Below are positions 9,579 to 19,478 of a DNA stretch of 64,000 bases, piece by piece. Location: positions 276,285 to 340,284 of the forward strand of contig OY782497.1 in assembly GCA_963677705.1 (NCBI GenBank). The letters are read 5' to 3'. The position numbers and the translations under genes were made by a program. Each line of letters starts with the position of its first letter. Within the stretch, counting starts at the first letter, position 1. A model generated the notes under the pieces. That model ran no database searches. It was not told the DNA's origin and was given only the letters and a program-made list of their open reading frames with translations. This DNA is from Myxococcota bacterium. Lineage in GTDB: Bacteria > Myxococcota_A > SURF-8 > G963677705.

Positions 9579-11438
9579 TTATCGGCCCTTGGCCAGATAA
9601 ATGGCTAGAATACTCACCGCTGCCGGAGTGACCCCGCTGACCCGCGCAGCCTGGCCCAAGGTCATCGGTCGAACGGTCTTCAGTTTTTCCTTCACCTCGT
9701 TGGAAAGCCCACCCACGGCATCGTAATCAAAATCGTCGGCGATGGGTTCTTCTTCCATGCGTGCCTGTTTGGCGGCCAAGTCCCGTTGACGTCCAATGTA
9801 TCCGGCGTATTTGCTTTCAATACAGACCTGTTGAGCGATGAAAGGGGTAACGCGGATCTCCGGGGCAAGCCAGTCGATGTCTTTGGCATCAAGCTCCGGT
9901 CGTTTGAGCAGGTGCTCCAGGCTTTGAGCCTGAGTCAAAGAAGGCGTGTTTCGCGTGGCAAGCTCTTGGTTGATGGCGTCTGTCGGCTTGATGGAATGAT
10001 GTTTCCAGGCTTCCAGGGTATCGGTGATTTCCTGTTTTTGGCTCTGAATCTCCTCGCCGTGGCTTGGGTTCACCAAACCGGCCTTGACGCCTTCCTCCAC
10101 CAGACGCAGCCTGGCGTTGTCTTCCCTGACCAGCAGCCGATGCTCGCAACGGCTGGTAAACATGCGGTACGGTTCCTCGGTGCCCAAGGTGACAAGATCG
10201 TCGATCAACACCGCCATGTAGGCTTGATCCCGCCGCAGAATAAACGGAGCTTTTCCGTATTCATCATTCAAGACGTTGATTCCGGCCCACAGGCCTTGAG
10301 CTGCAGCTTCTTCATAGCCGCTGGTTCCGTTGATCTGCCCCGCACAATACAAGCCGGGAACAGCCTTCGTTTCAAGAGTCGGCTTCAATTGGGTCGGTGG
10401 GATGAAATCGTAATCCACCGCGTAGCCGTACACCAAAATTTTCGCATCTTGCATACCTGGAAGTGTTTTCAGCATTTCGTGCTGCACGTCTTTGGGTAGC
10501 GAGGTGGAGAAGCCGTTGATGTACATCGTCTCGCGGTCCAGCCCTTCCGGTTCCAGGAACAGTTGATGGCGGGTGCGATCGGCGAAGCGGACGACCTTGT
10601 CTTCGATCGACGGGCAATAACGCGGCCCTTTTCCCTTGATGATTCCCGTGAACAGTGGAGAGCGGTCCAGGCCGCTGCGGATGATCTGATGGGTTTCCTC
10701 GTTGGTGTGTAGAATATGACAGGAAACCTGGGGTAGCGTGTAGCCTGTGGTCAACGGGCTGAAATAGAAGGGATCGCTGTCTCCCGGCTGTTCGGTGAGT
10801 TGGCTGAAGTCCACGGTGTCACGATGCACGCGGGCGCAGGTGCCGGTTTTCAAGCGTCCCAAGGTCAAGCCCAGGCGCAGCAGGGCGTCACTCAGCGTTT
10901 CTGCGCTGGGTTCATCCACACGCCCGCCGGGGCTTTGTTCCAGTCCGATGTGTAAGCGCCCCTTCAAGAAGGTTCCGCTGGTCAGAATGACCTTGCTCGT
11001 CACCAGGTCTTCGCCATGCTCCAGCACGACACCGGAAAGCCTGCCTTGGGCATCGGTGGTCAGATCGACCGCCATGTCTTCTACCAGGGTCAGATTCTCC
11101 TGCTGTTCCAGCACGGCAAGCATGGCTTGGGGATAGCGGTCCATGTCGCTCTGAACGCGGCTGGCCTGCACGGCAGGGCCGCGAGAACTGTTCAATCGAC
11201 GAAACTGAATGGCTGTCTGGTCGGCGATACGGCCCATTTCCCCACCGAGAGCGTCCACCTCCCGCACCAGAGCGCCTTTGGCCAACCCCCCGATGGAGGG
11301 GTTGCAACTGAGCCAGCCGATTTTAGCCTTATCCGGACTGACCAGGGCGCAACGCATTCCGCCGCGAGCCAGGGCCAGAGCCGCTTCGATACCTGCATGA
11401 CCGCCGCCGATGACCACGGCTTGAAACTGTCGGCTCAT
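9579..11438 (-). CDS. mnmG: tRNA uridine 5-carboxymethylaminomethyl modification enzyme MnmG (GidA)
   Basis: N-terminal FAD motif [12 protein letters not shown] and full-length GidA-like sequence of 619 aa. Confidence 0.95.
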   Translation of the reverse strand: MSRQFQAVVIGGGHAGIEAALALARGGMRCALVSPDKAKIGWLSCNPSIGGLAKGALVREVDALGGEMGRIADQTAIQFRRLNSSRGPAVQASRVQSDMDRYPQAMLAVLEQQENLTLVEDMAVDLTTDAQGRLSGVVLEHGEDLVTSKVILTSGTFLKGRLHIGLEQSPGGRVDEPSAETLSDALLRLGLTLGRLKTGTCARVHRDTVDFSQLTEQPGDSDPFYFSPLTTGYTLPQVSCHILHTNEETHQIIRSGLDRSPLFTGIIKGKGPRYCPSIEDKVVRFADRTRHQLFLEPEGLDRETMYINGFSTSLPKDVQHEMLKTLPGMQDAKILVYGYAVDYDFIPPTQLKPTLETKAVPGLYCAGQINGTSGYEEAAAQGLWAGINVLNDEYGKAPFILRRDQAYMAVLIDDLVTLGTEEPYRMFTSRCEHRLLVREDNARLRLVEEGVKAGLVNPSHGEEIQSQKQEITDTLEAWKHHSIKPTDAINQELATRNTPSLTQAQSLEHLLKRPELDAKDIDWLAPEIRVTPFIAQQVCIESKYAGYIGRQRDLAAKQARMEEEPIADDFDYDAVGGLSNEVKEKLKTVRPMTLGQAARVSGVTPAAVSILAIYLAKGR

Positions 11439-11510
11439 TGGGCTTCCTTCACATCGGTTGACCGGTGTCGGTCGGATCTTTGTCTCGCGTGGTCATCCAT
11501 CCGGTTTCCT

Positions 11511-12866
11511 CTACTTTCCAATGCAAAAACGTTCAAACACGCGGTTCATTACGTCTGCGGGAGTCATTACTCCGGCGACATCACCCACGGCGTCCAGGGC
11601 TTGGCGCAGGTCTGCGGCGATCAATTCCCATTCGGCGTTGCAAGACAGATTGTTTCGGGCTTGGAGCAGGCAGGATGCAGCCAAGGCCAAGGCGCGTCGA
11701 TGCTCCTCGGTCACGGCGAAGGCTGCCGCCGCTCCGTCATCCAACAAGAGGGATTTCGCCCGCTCACGAAGTGCCTCGATACCCACGTTCTGCTTGGCGC
11801 TGACCTCCATCACCGGCCAGCCTTCGGGAAGGCCGGGGTGTAGAGCCTCCATCGTCCATGCGGCGGGGAGATCCGTTTTATTCACCACCACAAGTCCCGC
11901 TGCCGTATGGTGTGGGGTTTGATAGGCTTGTTGCTCGTCCAAGGGGCGGGCGCGATCCAGAACCCAGATAAGTAGATCGGCCTTGGTGATGGACTGCCGG
12001 GCGCGTTCCACACCTTGAGCTTCCACGCCGCTGGCCTGACGCAAGCCCGCCGTATCAATCAACACCAGGGGAATACCATCCAGCAGCAGGCGGCTTTCTA
12101 CGGTGTCTCGCGTGGTGCCGGGTTCATCACTGACCAGGGCGCGTTCCGTTCCGCACAGCGCATTGAGCAGGCTGCTTTTTCCGGCGTTCACCGCACCGAA
12201 GAGTACGACTTTCGCCCCTTCGTGTACCAGGCGTCCTCGTTCGCAACCCGCTTGGGCTTGTTCTAACTGCGTTTGCAAGGAACCCAACTGAGTCAGATAT
12301 TCCTTGCGGTCGGCATCGGGCAGGTCTTCTTCGGCGAAGTCCAGAAAGGCTTCCAGGTGGCCCAGCATATCGCCAAGTCGTTCACGAAGGGTAGCCAGCA
12401 AAGTGCCTAGATCCCCATCCAGTTGACGCAAGGCGGCGGCACGGGCCCGTTCGCTCTGGGCACCGATCAACGCTGCGACGGCCTGGGCACGGGGAAGGTC
12501 CAAGCGACCATGCTCCACGGCGCGACGGGTGAATTCCCCCGGCTCGGCCAGAGATGCCCCGTTGCGAAGGCAGAGATCCAAGACCGCCTGAACCTGTCTC
12601 CACCCGCCATGAACCTGTAGCTCGGCACTCTCTTCACCGGTATAACTGCGCCCGTGGTCGAAAAGAACCGCCATACACTCATCCTGAAACGAGTCACCTT
12701 CAGTAAGCCGACCGGGAAGCAGCAGGTTAGCCGAAAGCGTCCGCGTACCATATGGCTTGAAATGGTGACAAAGCAGTTCGTGGCTTCCCGGCCCGGATAG
12801 CCGCACGATCCCGATTCCGGCGGAACCCGGTGCGGTGGAGATGGCGGCGATGAGCGAAGCGTTCAT
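11511..12866 (-). CDS. mnmE: tRNA modification GTPase MnmE (TrmE)
   Basis: G-domain motifs (GAVNAGKSSLLNAL, DTAGLR, NKTD) and the C-terminal CIGK tetrapeptide typical of MnmE. Lies directly upstream of mnmG. Confidence 0.9.
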   Translation of the reverse strand: MNASLIAAISTAPGSAGIGIVRLSGPGSHELLCHHFKPYGTRTLSANLLLPGRLTEGDSFQDECMAVLFDHGRSYTGEESAELQVHGGWRQVQAVLDLCLRNGASLAEPGEFTRRAVEHGRLDLPRAQAVAALIGAQSERARAAALRQLDGDLGTLLATLRERLGDMLGHLEAFLDFAEEDLPDADRKEYLTQLGSLQTQLEQAQAGCERGRLVHEGAKVVLFGAVNAGKSSLLNALCGTERALVSDEPGTTRDTVESRLLLDGIPLVLIDTAGLRQASGVEAQGVERARQSITKADLLIWVLDRARPLDEQQAYQTPHHTAAGLVVVNKTDLPAAWTMEALHPGLPEGWPVMEVSAKQNVGIEALRERAKSLLLDDGAAAAFAVTEEHRRALALAASCLLQARNNLSCNAEWELIAADLRQALDAVGDVAGVMTPADVMNRVFERFCIGK

Positions 12867-12870
12867 GACC

Positions 12871-13089
12871 TCAGAACCCTTTGTTTTTGATGGCTTCCAA
12901 CACTTCGTCGTGGTGTTGTTTCAGATAGGTCCGGATCTGCTCATCGGTTTTCTTGTGGTCTTTCAAGCTCTGCCGATACACCATTTCAAAACCCATGCGT
13001 TTGGTCGGGTTGGTTTCCCGATCCAGGTTGCAGAGGATCATCGCCAGGCCAAGCTCAATGTTTCGACGATCATTCGCTTTTTCAGTCAT
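12871..13089 (-). CDS. small hypothetical protein
   Basis: 72 aa from MTEKAND, with a perfect AGGAGG RBS 8 nt upstream. Lies immediately upstream of mnmE; no family recognised. Confidence 0.35.
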   Translation of the reverse strand: MTEKANDRRNIELGLAMILCNLDRETNPTKRMGFEMVYRQSLKDHKKTDEQIRTYLKQHHDEVLEAIKNKGF

Positions 13090-13488
13090 CGCTCCGTTTT
13101 CCTCCTTGTTCTTTGCACGGTCTTGGAACCAAGGGCGCAAAAGTCTACCCAACTTTGTCCCATGATAAAAGAGAAAAGTGCAAGGCTTCGCATCACCATG
13201 CGTGATATTGAATCTGGGGAGTTGGAATGATGGAGGGGACAGAACAGATGGTTTTCAAACCAGCGGCACCTCACCTGAACTCGGACAAGGTACGCTCATG
13301 GCGAGTGATTCATCGACGATGAATCGGTTCGAGCCATCCTTCGAACCACCGCCCTCCGGGCGGCACTCAGGATGAGCGGAGAGAAACCTCCATGACAAAG
13401 TCAATCTCCCCAGATTGAAATTCACACCCCGCATCACCGGGCGTGAAAGGTGCTTGTTTGTGGATGACCATCCGAACAGAGGCTTGCA

Positions 13489-13517
13489 CGCGGAAAGATT
13501 GACCGACTTCGTGGAAT
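13489..13517 (+). promoter_or_regulatory. candidate sigma70-type promoter for gltX
   Basis: TTGACC, a 17-bp spacer, then TACAAC, about 45 nt upstream of the gltX ATG. Confidence 0.3.
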
Positions 13518-13562
13518 TTGCTACAACGCGCCGGATGAAAACCGGGCAACCGTCTTGAAGTC

Positions 13563-15029
13563 TTGAAGGAAGGAAAAACCATGACATATCGAGTTCGCTT
13601 CGCTCCCTCGCCCACGGGCTATCTGCATATCGGTGGTGCCCGCACGGCCTTGTACAATTACCTGCTGGCTAAAAAGCACCAGGGTACGTTTGTGCTGCGC
13701 ATTGAAGATACCGACCTGGAGCGCTCCACGCCGGAAAGCGTTCAAGCGATTTTCGACGGCCTGCGTTGGTTGGGGCTGGATTGGGACGAAGGTCCGGAAA
13801 AGGAAGGGGACTGCGGCCCGTATTTTCAGACCAAACGCTTTGATTTGTATAAGCAATACCTTGAGCGCCTGATTGAGCAGAACAAGGTTTATCGCTGCTA
13901 CACCACCAAGGAAGAACTGGACGCCTACCGTGCCGAATACCAGGCCAAAGGTCAGGAAGGCGTTCGCTTTCATAGCCCCTGGCGGGACAAAACCGAGGCC
14001 GATTGGCTGGCGGATCGAAGCTTTGTCTGGCGTTTCCGTGCGCCCCAGGATGGTCAGACCGTGGTGAAGGATGTGATCAAAGGCGAGGTGGTGTTCGAGA
14101 ACACGATGCACGTCGATGATTTTGTTGTCGCCCGTCAGGATGGTACGCCGACCTACAACTTTACCGTGGTGGTGGATGATCTGACGATGAAAATCAGCCA
14201 TGTGATTCGTGGGGATGACCATCTGAACAACACGGCCAAGCAGATTCTCCTTTACCAGGCTTTGGGAGAGGAACTGCCGGTGTTCGGTCACTTACCGATG
14301 ATTCTTGGTAGCGATAAAAAACGACTTTCCAAACGCCACGGCGCAACCAGTGTAATGCAGTACAAGGAGATGGGTTTCAAACCCCACGCCGTGGTCAACT
14401 ACCTGGCTCGCCTGGGTTGGAGTCATGGGGACGATGAATTGTTTACCATGCCGGAACTGATAGAGAAATTCTCTCTGGAAGGCGTGGGCAAAAGCTCCGG
14501 TGTCTTCGATCAGGAAAAAATGCTCTGGGTCAACCATCAGTACATCCAACACGATGACCTCAAGCAGACCGCCACCTTGTATGCGGAGTACCTGAAAGAA
14601 CTTGAAGGGCTTGAGGTGCCGGTGGATGATCGTCTGGTGGGGATTGTGGAACAACTCGCTCCCCGTGCCAACACGATGGTGGAAATGGTGCGTATCGGTC
14701 GCTATTTCTTCAAAGATGATTTTGACTATGACGAGAAACCGGCGAAGAAATTCCTCAAAGTCGGGGCGCTTCCCTTGTTGGAAGAACTGACCGCCAGGCT
14801 TTCCGCCCTGGATACATGGACCTTGGAAAGCATCCAAGGTGTGTTTGAAGCCATTCTGGCCGAGAAGGAACTCAAGCTGTTGAAGTTGGCCCAGCCGGTG
14901 CGTGTGGCGATGACCGGAACCAGCGTCAGCCCTGGCATTTATGAAACCCTGAGCCTGATCGACCAGGCCACGGTGTTGGAACGCCTGGAGCGTGCAACGG
15001 AATTTGTCCGTCAAAAAACGCAGGCTTAA
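13563..15029 (+). CDS. gltX: glutamate--tRNA ligase
   Basis: Class I HIGH motif (PSPTGYLHIGGARTAL) and KMSKS-like KLSKR. 488 aa. Confidence 0.95.
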   Translation: MKEGKTMTYRVRFAPSPTGYLHIGGARTALYNYLLAKKHQGTFVLRIEDTDLERSTPESVQAIFDGLRWLGLDWDEGPEKEGDCGPYFQTKRFDLYKQYLERLIEQNKVYRCYTTKEELDAYRAEYQAKGQEGVRFHSPWRDKTEADWLADRSFVWRFRAPQDGQTVVKDVIKGEVVFENTMHVDDFVVARQDGTPTYNFTVVVDDLTMKISHVIRGDDHLNNTAKQILLYQALGEELPVFGHLPMILGSDKKRLSKRHGATSVMQYKEMGFKPHAVVNYLARLGWSHGDDELFTMPELIEKFSLEGVGKSSGVFDQEKMLWVNHQYIQHDDLKQTATLYAEYLKELEGLEVPVDDRLVGIVEQLAPRANTMVEMVRIGRYFFKDDFDYDEKPAKKFLKVGALPLLEELTARLSALDTWTLESIQGVFEAILAEKELKLLKLAQPVRVAMTGTSVSPGIYETLSLIDQATVLERLERATEFVRQKTQA

Positions 15030-15233
15030 CGGCTGGTATACATGAAGCACGGAAAAACTGGGGACGGACCGTTGCTTTTTTAGCCAAACATGCGAAGATA
15101 CCCCTTCACGGCGGCGACTTGCCGCCGTGGGGGAAGTGATACCGGCAGGCTTCACAAGGTTGCGCTTGAATCGTAGAATGGATGATCGCTCATTCGTGAG
15201 GGGTGACGAATCTCTCGAATGATCGGGTAAGGA

Positions 15234-16367
15234 ATGATAATGGGACAGCTTTTTCTATGGGTCAACCGTGTCGAAGATTTCCAGGTGGAAGCATTCAAAG
15301 AACGCTTCGGCTTTGAAGTCCCTCGCCGTCTGTTGGATCTTTACGAGTCCCTTCCTACCGAATTGATTGAATACATGGGGTATTTCTCCCTCGATGAAAT
15401 CGTGGAGGAAACTCACCGACACCAGGAAATGCTTCCGGGGCTGATTCCTTTCGCCCAGGAAAAAAGCGGGGATCTGTTCTGCTTCTATCCTCCCTGGCAG
15501 GCTGCCAATGGAGATGTTCCCTGCGGTGTCTGGATGAAGGAAACCTGCCATTTTCTTCCCCTGGCCGGTAGCTTCACCACCTTTGTCTATTGGTGGTTCA
15601 AGAAGGAAATGATTAACAATGCCGCCGATGAAGACTACGACGAAACCCTGAAAATGCTGGATCTGATGCAGTCGGCGGTGGGGTTGGATGACCTGGGTCA
15701 TGAGATCCTTCCGCCGGACAGCAGCCTGGGGTGGCACCAGGATATGGCCCAGATCGACCCGGAAAATGTCTATTCGCTTTGCTTTCTGGCCATCTACCAA
15801 AGCGGTGTGATCGGTCTGCAACGGACCCTGGAAGACCTTCGTCAAGCCCGTCTGCTGCAACCCCGCTTCGGTGCATCCCATTTCTGGGAAGCGCGTTTTC
15901 TGGCCATGCAGGGGCGGATCCACGAAGCGCATCAAGCCTACTGGCGCCACCTGCAATGCCCGCAGTTCATCAACGGCTTTCATTCCTGGTATCACCTGGG
16001 AGATCTGATGATCCCTGAAGCCAGCGAACGGGAAGCCTTGACCTTCCTGCTCAATGCAGACATCCCCGCGCCGGAAGAGATCCGCCACCATCCGCGCACG
16101 GAACTATTGACCAGCAGCGATCCGCACAATTACCGTACCCGCTTGGAACTGGCCTCCATTTTCATGGCTCGTGGTGAACCGGCCCAGGCGATCCTGGAGC
16201 TGGAAAACGCCTATTTCCTGGAAAGCTGGAATACGGAAGCCGCGCAGGAGATTTTGCCGAAGATGGTGGAAGTCTATGACATCTTGAACCTTCGTCACCG
16301 GCGGGAGTCGGCCAAGCGGATTATCCATGTGATTCGCCTGCAGCAGGGAAGCTTGGGGCGCGACTGA
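15234..16367 (+). CDS. SMI1/KNR4 (SUKH-1) family domain protein with a C-terminal helical/TPR-like region
   Basis: N-terminal pattern (LPxxL..Y..F...IPFAQEKSGDLFCF) matches the SUKH-1 immunity-protein fold. C-terminal helical repeats. Confidence 0.5.
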   Translation: MIMGQLFLWVNRVEDFQVEAFKERFGFEVPRRLLDLYESLPTELIEYMGYFSLDEIVEETHRHQEMLPGLIPFAQEKSGDLFCFYPPWQAANGDVPCGVWMKETCHFLPLAGSFTTFVYWWFKKEMINNAADEDYDETLKMLDLMQSAVGLDDLGHEILPPDSSLGWHQDMAQIDPENVYSLCFLAIYQSGVIGLQRTLEDLRQARLLQPRFGASHFWEARFLAMQGRIHEAHQAYWRHLQCPQFINGFHSWYHLGDLMIPEASEREALTFLLNADIPAPEEIRHHPRTELLTSSDPHNYRTRLELASIFMARGEPAQAILELENAYFLESWNTEAAQEILPKMVEVYDILNLRHRRESAKRIIHVIRLQQGSLGRD

Positions 16368-16411
16368 TCCGTAAGCACCGTTCGTCTGGATAAAAACATG
16401 GAGGAGATCCG

Positions 16412-17113
16412 ATGACTTCGTCTCCAACCTATTGGCCCATTTACCTTGAAAGCGTGCCTCTGGTGCGAGAAATTCTTGCCTGCCTGGTAGCTGCCGAGAA
16501 TCAATCGCTTCCATTGAAGGATTTCTGTACCCGCCTGCAAGACGAGTCCGGGGATAGCCTGGCAGAAGGTCTGGAAGCCTTGGAACGCCACTTGGATACC
16601 TGGACGCCGATGGGAGACATGGAACGTCCCGTGTTGTCCATTGAGCAAGGTGTCGTTCACCTGACACCCTTGGCGGGCGAGGAAGAGCGTACCTTGTTTC
16701 AAGAGCAATACGCCCGCCGTCGCATGGAACGCAATCAGATTGATCTGGCCCAAGAGGTTTTGTACCGCTTGTTGAAGCAACATCAGGAATCCGGAGACAA
16801 AGCCCGTCAGGCCTTGGACCTGGGCAATCTGGCTACCTTGTTTTTAGCCGGTGGAAACGCGGATACCGCCGAGCAACTATTGCGTGAGGCGATGCTTTTG
16901 CATGAGCCGACAGAAGATGCCTTCGGGCTGGCGCTGGACCAGGCCAATCTGGCCTTGGTGTATGTTCAGCAGGGGCGACTTGAGGAGGCCAGACAAGGGC
17001 TCGAAACCGCGTTGGATGCCTTTGAGCGGCAGAACCGAAACGAGGAAGCGGAGAAAACCCGGCAGAACCTGGAACGTCTTGCGTCTATGACTGGCCCCAA
17101 CAACGTGCATTAG
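16412..17113 (+). CDS. hypothetical helical (TPR-like) protein
   Basis: 233-aa ORF with a GGAGGAG RBS and Ala/Leu-rich helical repeats. Confidence 0.5.
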   Translation: MTSSPTYWPIYLESVPLVREILACLVAAENQSLPLKDFCTRLQDESGDSLAEGLEALERHLDTWTPMGDMERPVLSIEQGVVHLTPLAGEEERTLFQEQYARRRMERNQIDLAQEVLYRLLKQHQESGDKARQALDLGNLATLFLAGGNADTAEQLLREAMLLHEPTEDAFGLALDQANLALVYVQQGRLEEARQGLETALDAFERQNRNEEAEKTRQNLERLASMTGPNNVH

Positions 17114-17167
17114 TCGCCCATGTGGAGAAGCGGCCCACCGCTTGCTTCAAGGTGGAAGGAGGAATCC

Positions 17168-18217
17168 ATGCCCAATAGACCTCAGTATCTTGGTGTCGAT
17201 GCCCATCATTACGAAGTCTGGTATCTGACCTTCAACCACCAGGAAAGCCAAACGGGGTTCTGGTTGCGTTACACGCTGCTCAACCCGGATGACCCCACGT
17301 CTCAGGAAGTGGGAGGGCTTTGGTTCGCCCGCTTCAATCCCCATAAGCGGGAAGAGAATCTTGCCCTTCGTGCCTTTTACCCGCGTGACGAGGTACATTT
17401 TACGCCCAACCGTTTGAACCTTTCCATCGGGCCGGGCTCTTACGAAGAAGGCCACATGACGGCATCCTTCCAGGCGGAGGGCCACGAAATATCCTGGGAT
17501 CTGCACTACGAACCCAACGCGGTTCCTCTGCTCCCCGTTCATCCGATCATCGAGCATCTTCCCATGAAAACCGGCAAGGTCACGGTTCCCAACGTGGATC
17601 TTCATCTTCATGGAACGATACGGGTTGATGGTCAGGAATACACCTGCCATGCCGAGCCGGGAGGCCAGGCCCATCATTGGGGAGATCACTACCCGAAGGG
17701 CTGGATCTGGGCTCACGGAAACGCCTTTGAAGACAGGCCGGGAAGCTACCTGGAGTGGCTTACGGTGCGCCTGCAACGGGGTAGGGTGACCCTGCCTCCA
17801 ATGACCATGCTGACCTTCCACGATGCGCAACACGGACGTACCCTCCAGGCGCGTCGCCCCTGGGATCTACCCCGCGTCCAGGTTCGCTACCACGAGGGCC
17901 GTTGGCTGGCCAATTACCAGCAGAAAGAATTCCGCCTGGAAGCCGAGTGGCGCTGTGACATGAACGACATGGTGACATTCCCCTATACCTCGCCAACCCT
18001 GGAACCGTACTTCTGTCACAATAGCTGTGTCTGTGATGCCTTGGTGCGGGTGTACCGCAAAAGCCGTCATCCGGGAGCCAATGAGGAAAAAATTGATGAG
18101 TTGATCTGCCGTAACATGGCGGCTGCCGAGCTTTGTTTACCCGGCGAAGCCGACGTTCAGGGGCTTACGTTTCAAGGCTCCAGCCTGCCGTTTCAGCTTG
18201 AACCCAGCTCTCTTTGA
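17168..18217 (+). CDS. hypothetical protein
   Basis: 349-aa ORF from MPNRPQY with a GGAGGAAT RBS. His/Trp-rich; no family confidently recognised. Confidence 0.5.
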   Translation: MPNRPQYLGVDAHHYEVWYLTFNHQESQTGFWLRYTLLNPDDPTSQEVGGLWFARFNPHKREENLALRAFYPRDEVHFTPNRLNLSIGPGSYEEGHMTASFQAEGHEISWDLHYEPNAVPLLPVHPIIEHLPMKTGKVTVPNVDLHLHGTIRVDGQEYTCHAEPGGQAHHWGDHYPKGWIWAHGNAFEDRPGSYLEWLTVRLQRGRVTLPPMTMLTFHDAQHGRTLQARRPWDLPRVQVRYHEGRWLANYQQKEFRLEAEWRCDMNDMVTFPYTSPTLEPYFCHNSCVCDALVRVYRKSRHPGANEEKIDELICRNMAAAELCLPGEADVQGLTFQGSSLPFQLEPSSL

Positions 18218-18421
18218 GGGATTGTTGTAAAAGTTCATACACATAGAATAATGGAAATAAAACGAGTGGCTTGAAATTTCGTAACCCAATGAAAATACAA
18301 GTATTGTTTATAGATATGAACGAGAGGAAGTCACTTTTTTTTGTGGGTTTCCCATGTGATAAGCGTGTGATATTCCCTTTTGTCTAATCCATTCAAGGGG
18401 TTTCATGCTCTGAGCCTCGAA

Positions 18422-18450
18422 TTTGACATTTTGTCTACATTGGAGTATAA
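18422..18450 (+). promoter_or_regulatory. near-consensus sigma70 promoter (TTGACA-17-TATAAG)
   Basis: TTGACA at 18422-18427, an exact 17-bp spacer, and TATAAG at 18445-18450, inside an AT-rich island. Confidence 0.5.
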
Positions 18451-18456
18451 GGTGAC

Positions 18457-18582
18457 CGGAGCTTGGGCTTAGACATGTTGATCGGCTTTCGGTTCGGGTT
18501 TGCTGGGTTCCTGACTGAAAGTTCTTTGTCTTTGCCATGTTTCACAAAAGGGGCGCGGTTTCGCGCCCCTCTCCTTTTGCTT
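18457..18582 (+). ncRNA. candidate ~125-nt sRNA or terminated 5' leader between the promoter and an intrinsic terminator
   Basis: The predicted TSS lies about 7 nt past the -10 element. The transcript ends at hairpin ggggcgcg-gttt-cgcgcccc (18550-18569) followed by a U-rich tract (CUCCUUUUGCUUC). No credible ORF on this strand. Confidence 0.3.
18550..18582 (+). terminator. intrinsic terminator
   Basis: Perfect 8-bp GC stem with a 4-nt loop, then a T-rich tract. Confidence 0.55.
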
Positions 18583-18632
18583 CATGGACTACCAATCCGC
18601 GTTCAACCGCCAACCATCCCCGGTGAAACATC

Positions 18633-19454
18633 ATGACTATGCGCCGCCCTACCACAGAACTCCGTCCGGAACTGGAAAACATCGTCTTCGTGCTGGTTCA
18701 CCCGCAAACGCCGGGGAATATCGGCTCGGCAGCCAGAGCGATGAAAAACATGGGGCTGCGCAATCTGCGCTTGGTGCATCCTCCTCTGGATCGTGGCGGC
18801 GAAGCCTACAACATGGCACATGGGGCACGGGATGTTTTGAAGGAGGCCCAGGTCTTTTTCGACCTGGATGAGGCGCTCGCCGATTGCCAGATGGTGATTG
18901 CCACCACGGCCCGCCTGGGTGGCTGGCGCTTTCCACCTCAGAATCCGCGCCAGGCCGCGCCGGAAATCCTCGCCTTGGCGGAAAACAGCCGTATCGCCAT
19001 TCTGTTCGGTGCGGAGGATCGCGGTTTGACCAACGATCAGGTGATGTACGCCCAGCGTTTCTTGACCATTCCTACCGGTAGTGAAATGACATCGCTGAAT
19101 CTCAGCCAGGCGGTGTTGGCCATTGCCTATGAATTGTTCTGCGGCAAACCGGACCCCGGTCCGGCCAAGCGCCCGGCTTTGGCCGATCAACCTCAGGTTC
19201 ATGCGATGTTGGATGACTTGCGTGATGCCTTGCAACGTATCGACTTCATCCGACCCGGCAACCCGGATTACTGGATGGCCGCGTTTCGGCGGATGTTTGG
19301 TCGCACCGGGCTTGAAGCGCGTGAGGTGAACCTCTATCGTGGAATCGCCAGACAAATCCGCTGGATGCACGAAAAGAACCGGCAATTGCTTGAAAAGCTC
19401 GGTGAGAATAGCAAGGACTCCGCAGAGCCGTCGGATCGTCAGGAAAACAGATAG
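18633..19454 (+). CDS. trmJ: tRNA (cytidine/uridine-2'-O)-methyltransferase TrmJ (SpoU/TrmH family)
   Basis: N-terminus IVFVLVHPQTPGNIGSAARAMKNMGLRNLRLVHP closely matches the TrmJ SPOUT signature. 273 aa. Confidence 0.8.
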   Translation: MTMRRPTTELRPELENIVFVLVHPQTPGNIGSAARAMKNMGLRNLRLVHPPLDRGGEAYNMAHGARDVLKEAQVFFDLDEALADCQMVIATTARLGGWRFPPQNPRQAAPEILALAENSRIAILFGAEDRGLTNDQVMYAQRFLTIPTGSEMTSLNLSQAVLAIAYELFCGKPDPGPAKRPALADQPQVHAMLDDLRDALQRIDFIRPGNPDYWMAAFRRMFGRTGLEAREVNLYRGIARQIRWMHEKNRQLLEKLGENSKDSAEPSDRQENR

Positions 19455-19478
19455 GCTGTTGTTTCAACGACTTCGGAC

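Noticed and set aside
9786-11843. Plus-strand ORFs of 237 and 275 aa
   Set aside because: Antisense to mnmG, a near-certain identification.
15030-15130. Hairpin cacggcggc-gactt-gccgccgtg after gltX as an intrinsic terminator
   Set aside because: Strong stem but no U-tract on either strand. Could be a REP-like or RNase-protective hairpin; not called.
13521-15155. Two consecutive minus-strand ORFs (256 and 287 aa)
   Set aside because: Antisense to gltX, whose HIGH/KMSKS motifs are unambiguous. No family resemblance.
17760-18070. Minus-strand small ORFs inside the 17168-18217 gene
   Set aside because: Antisense, Arg/Pro/Gly-rich GC-bias artefacts.
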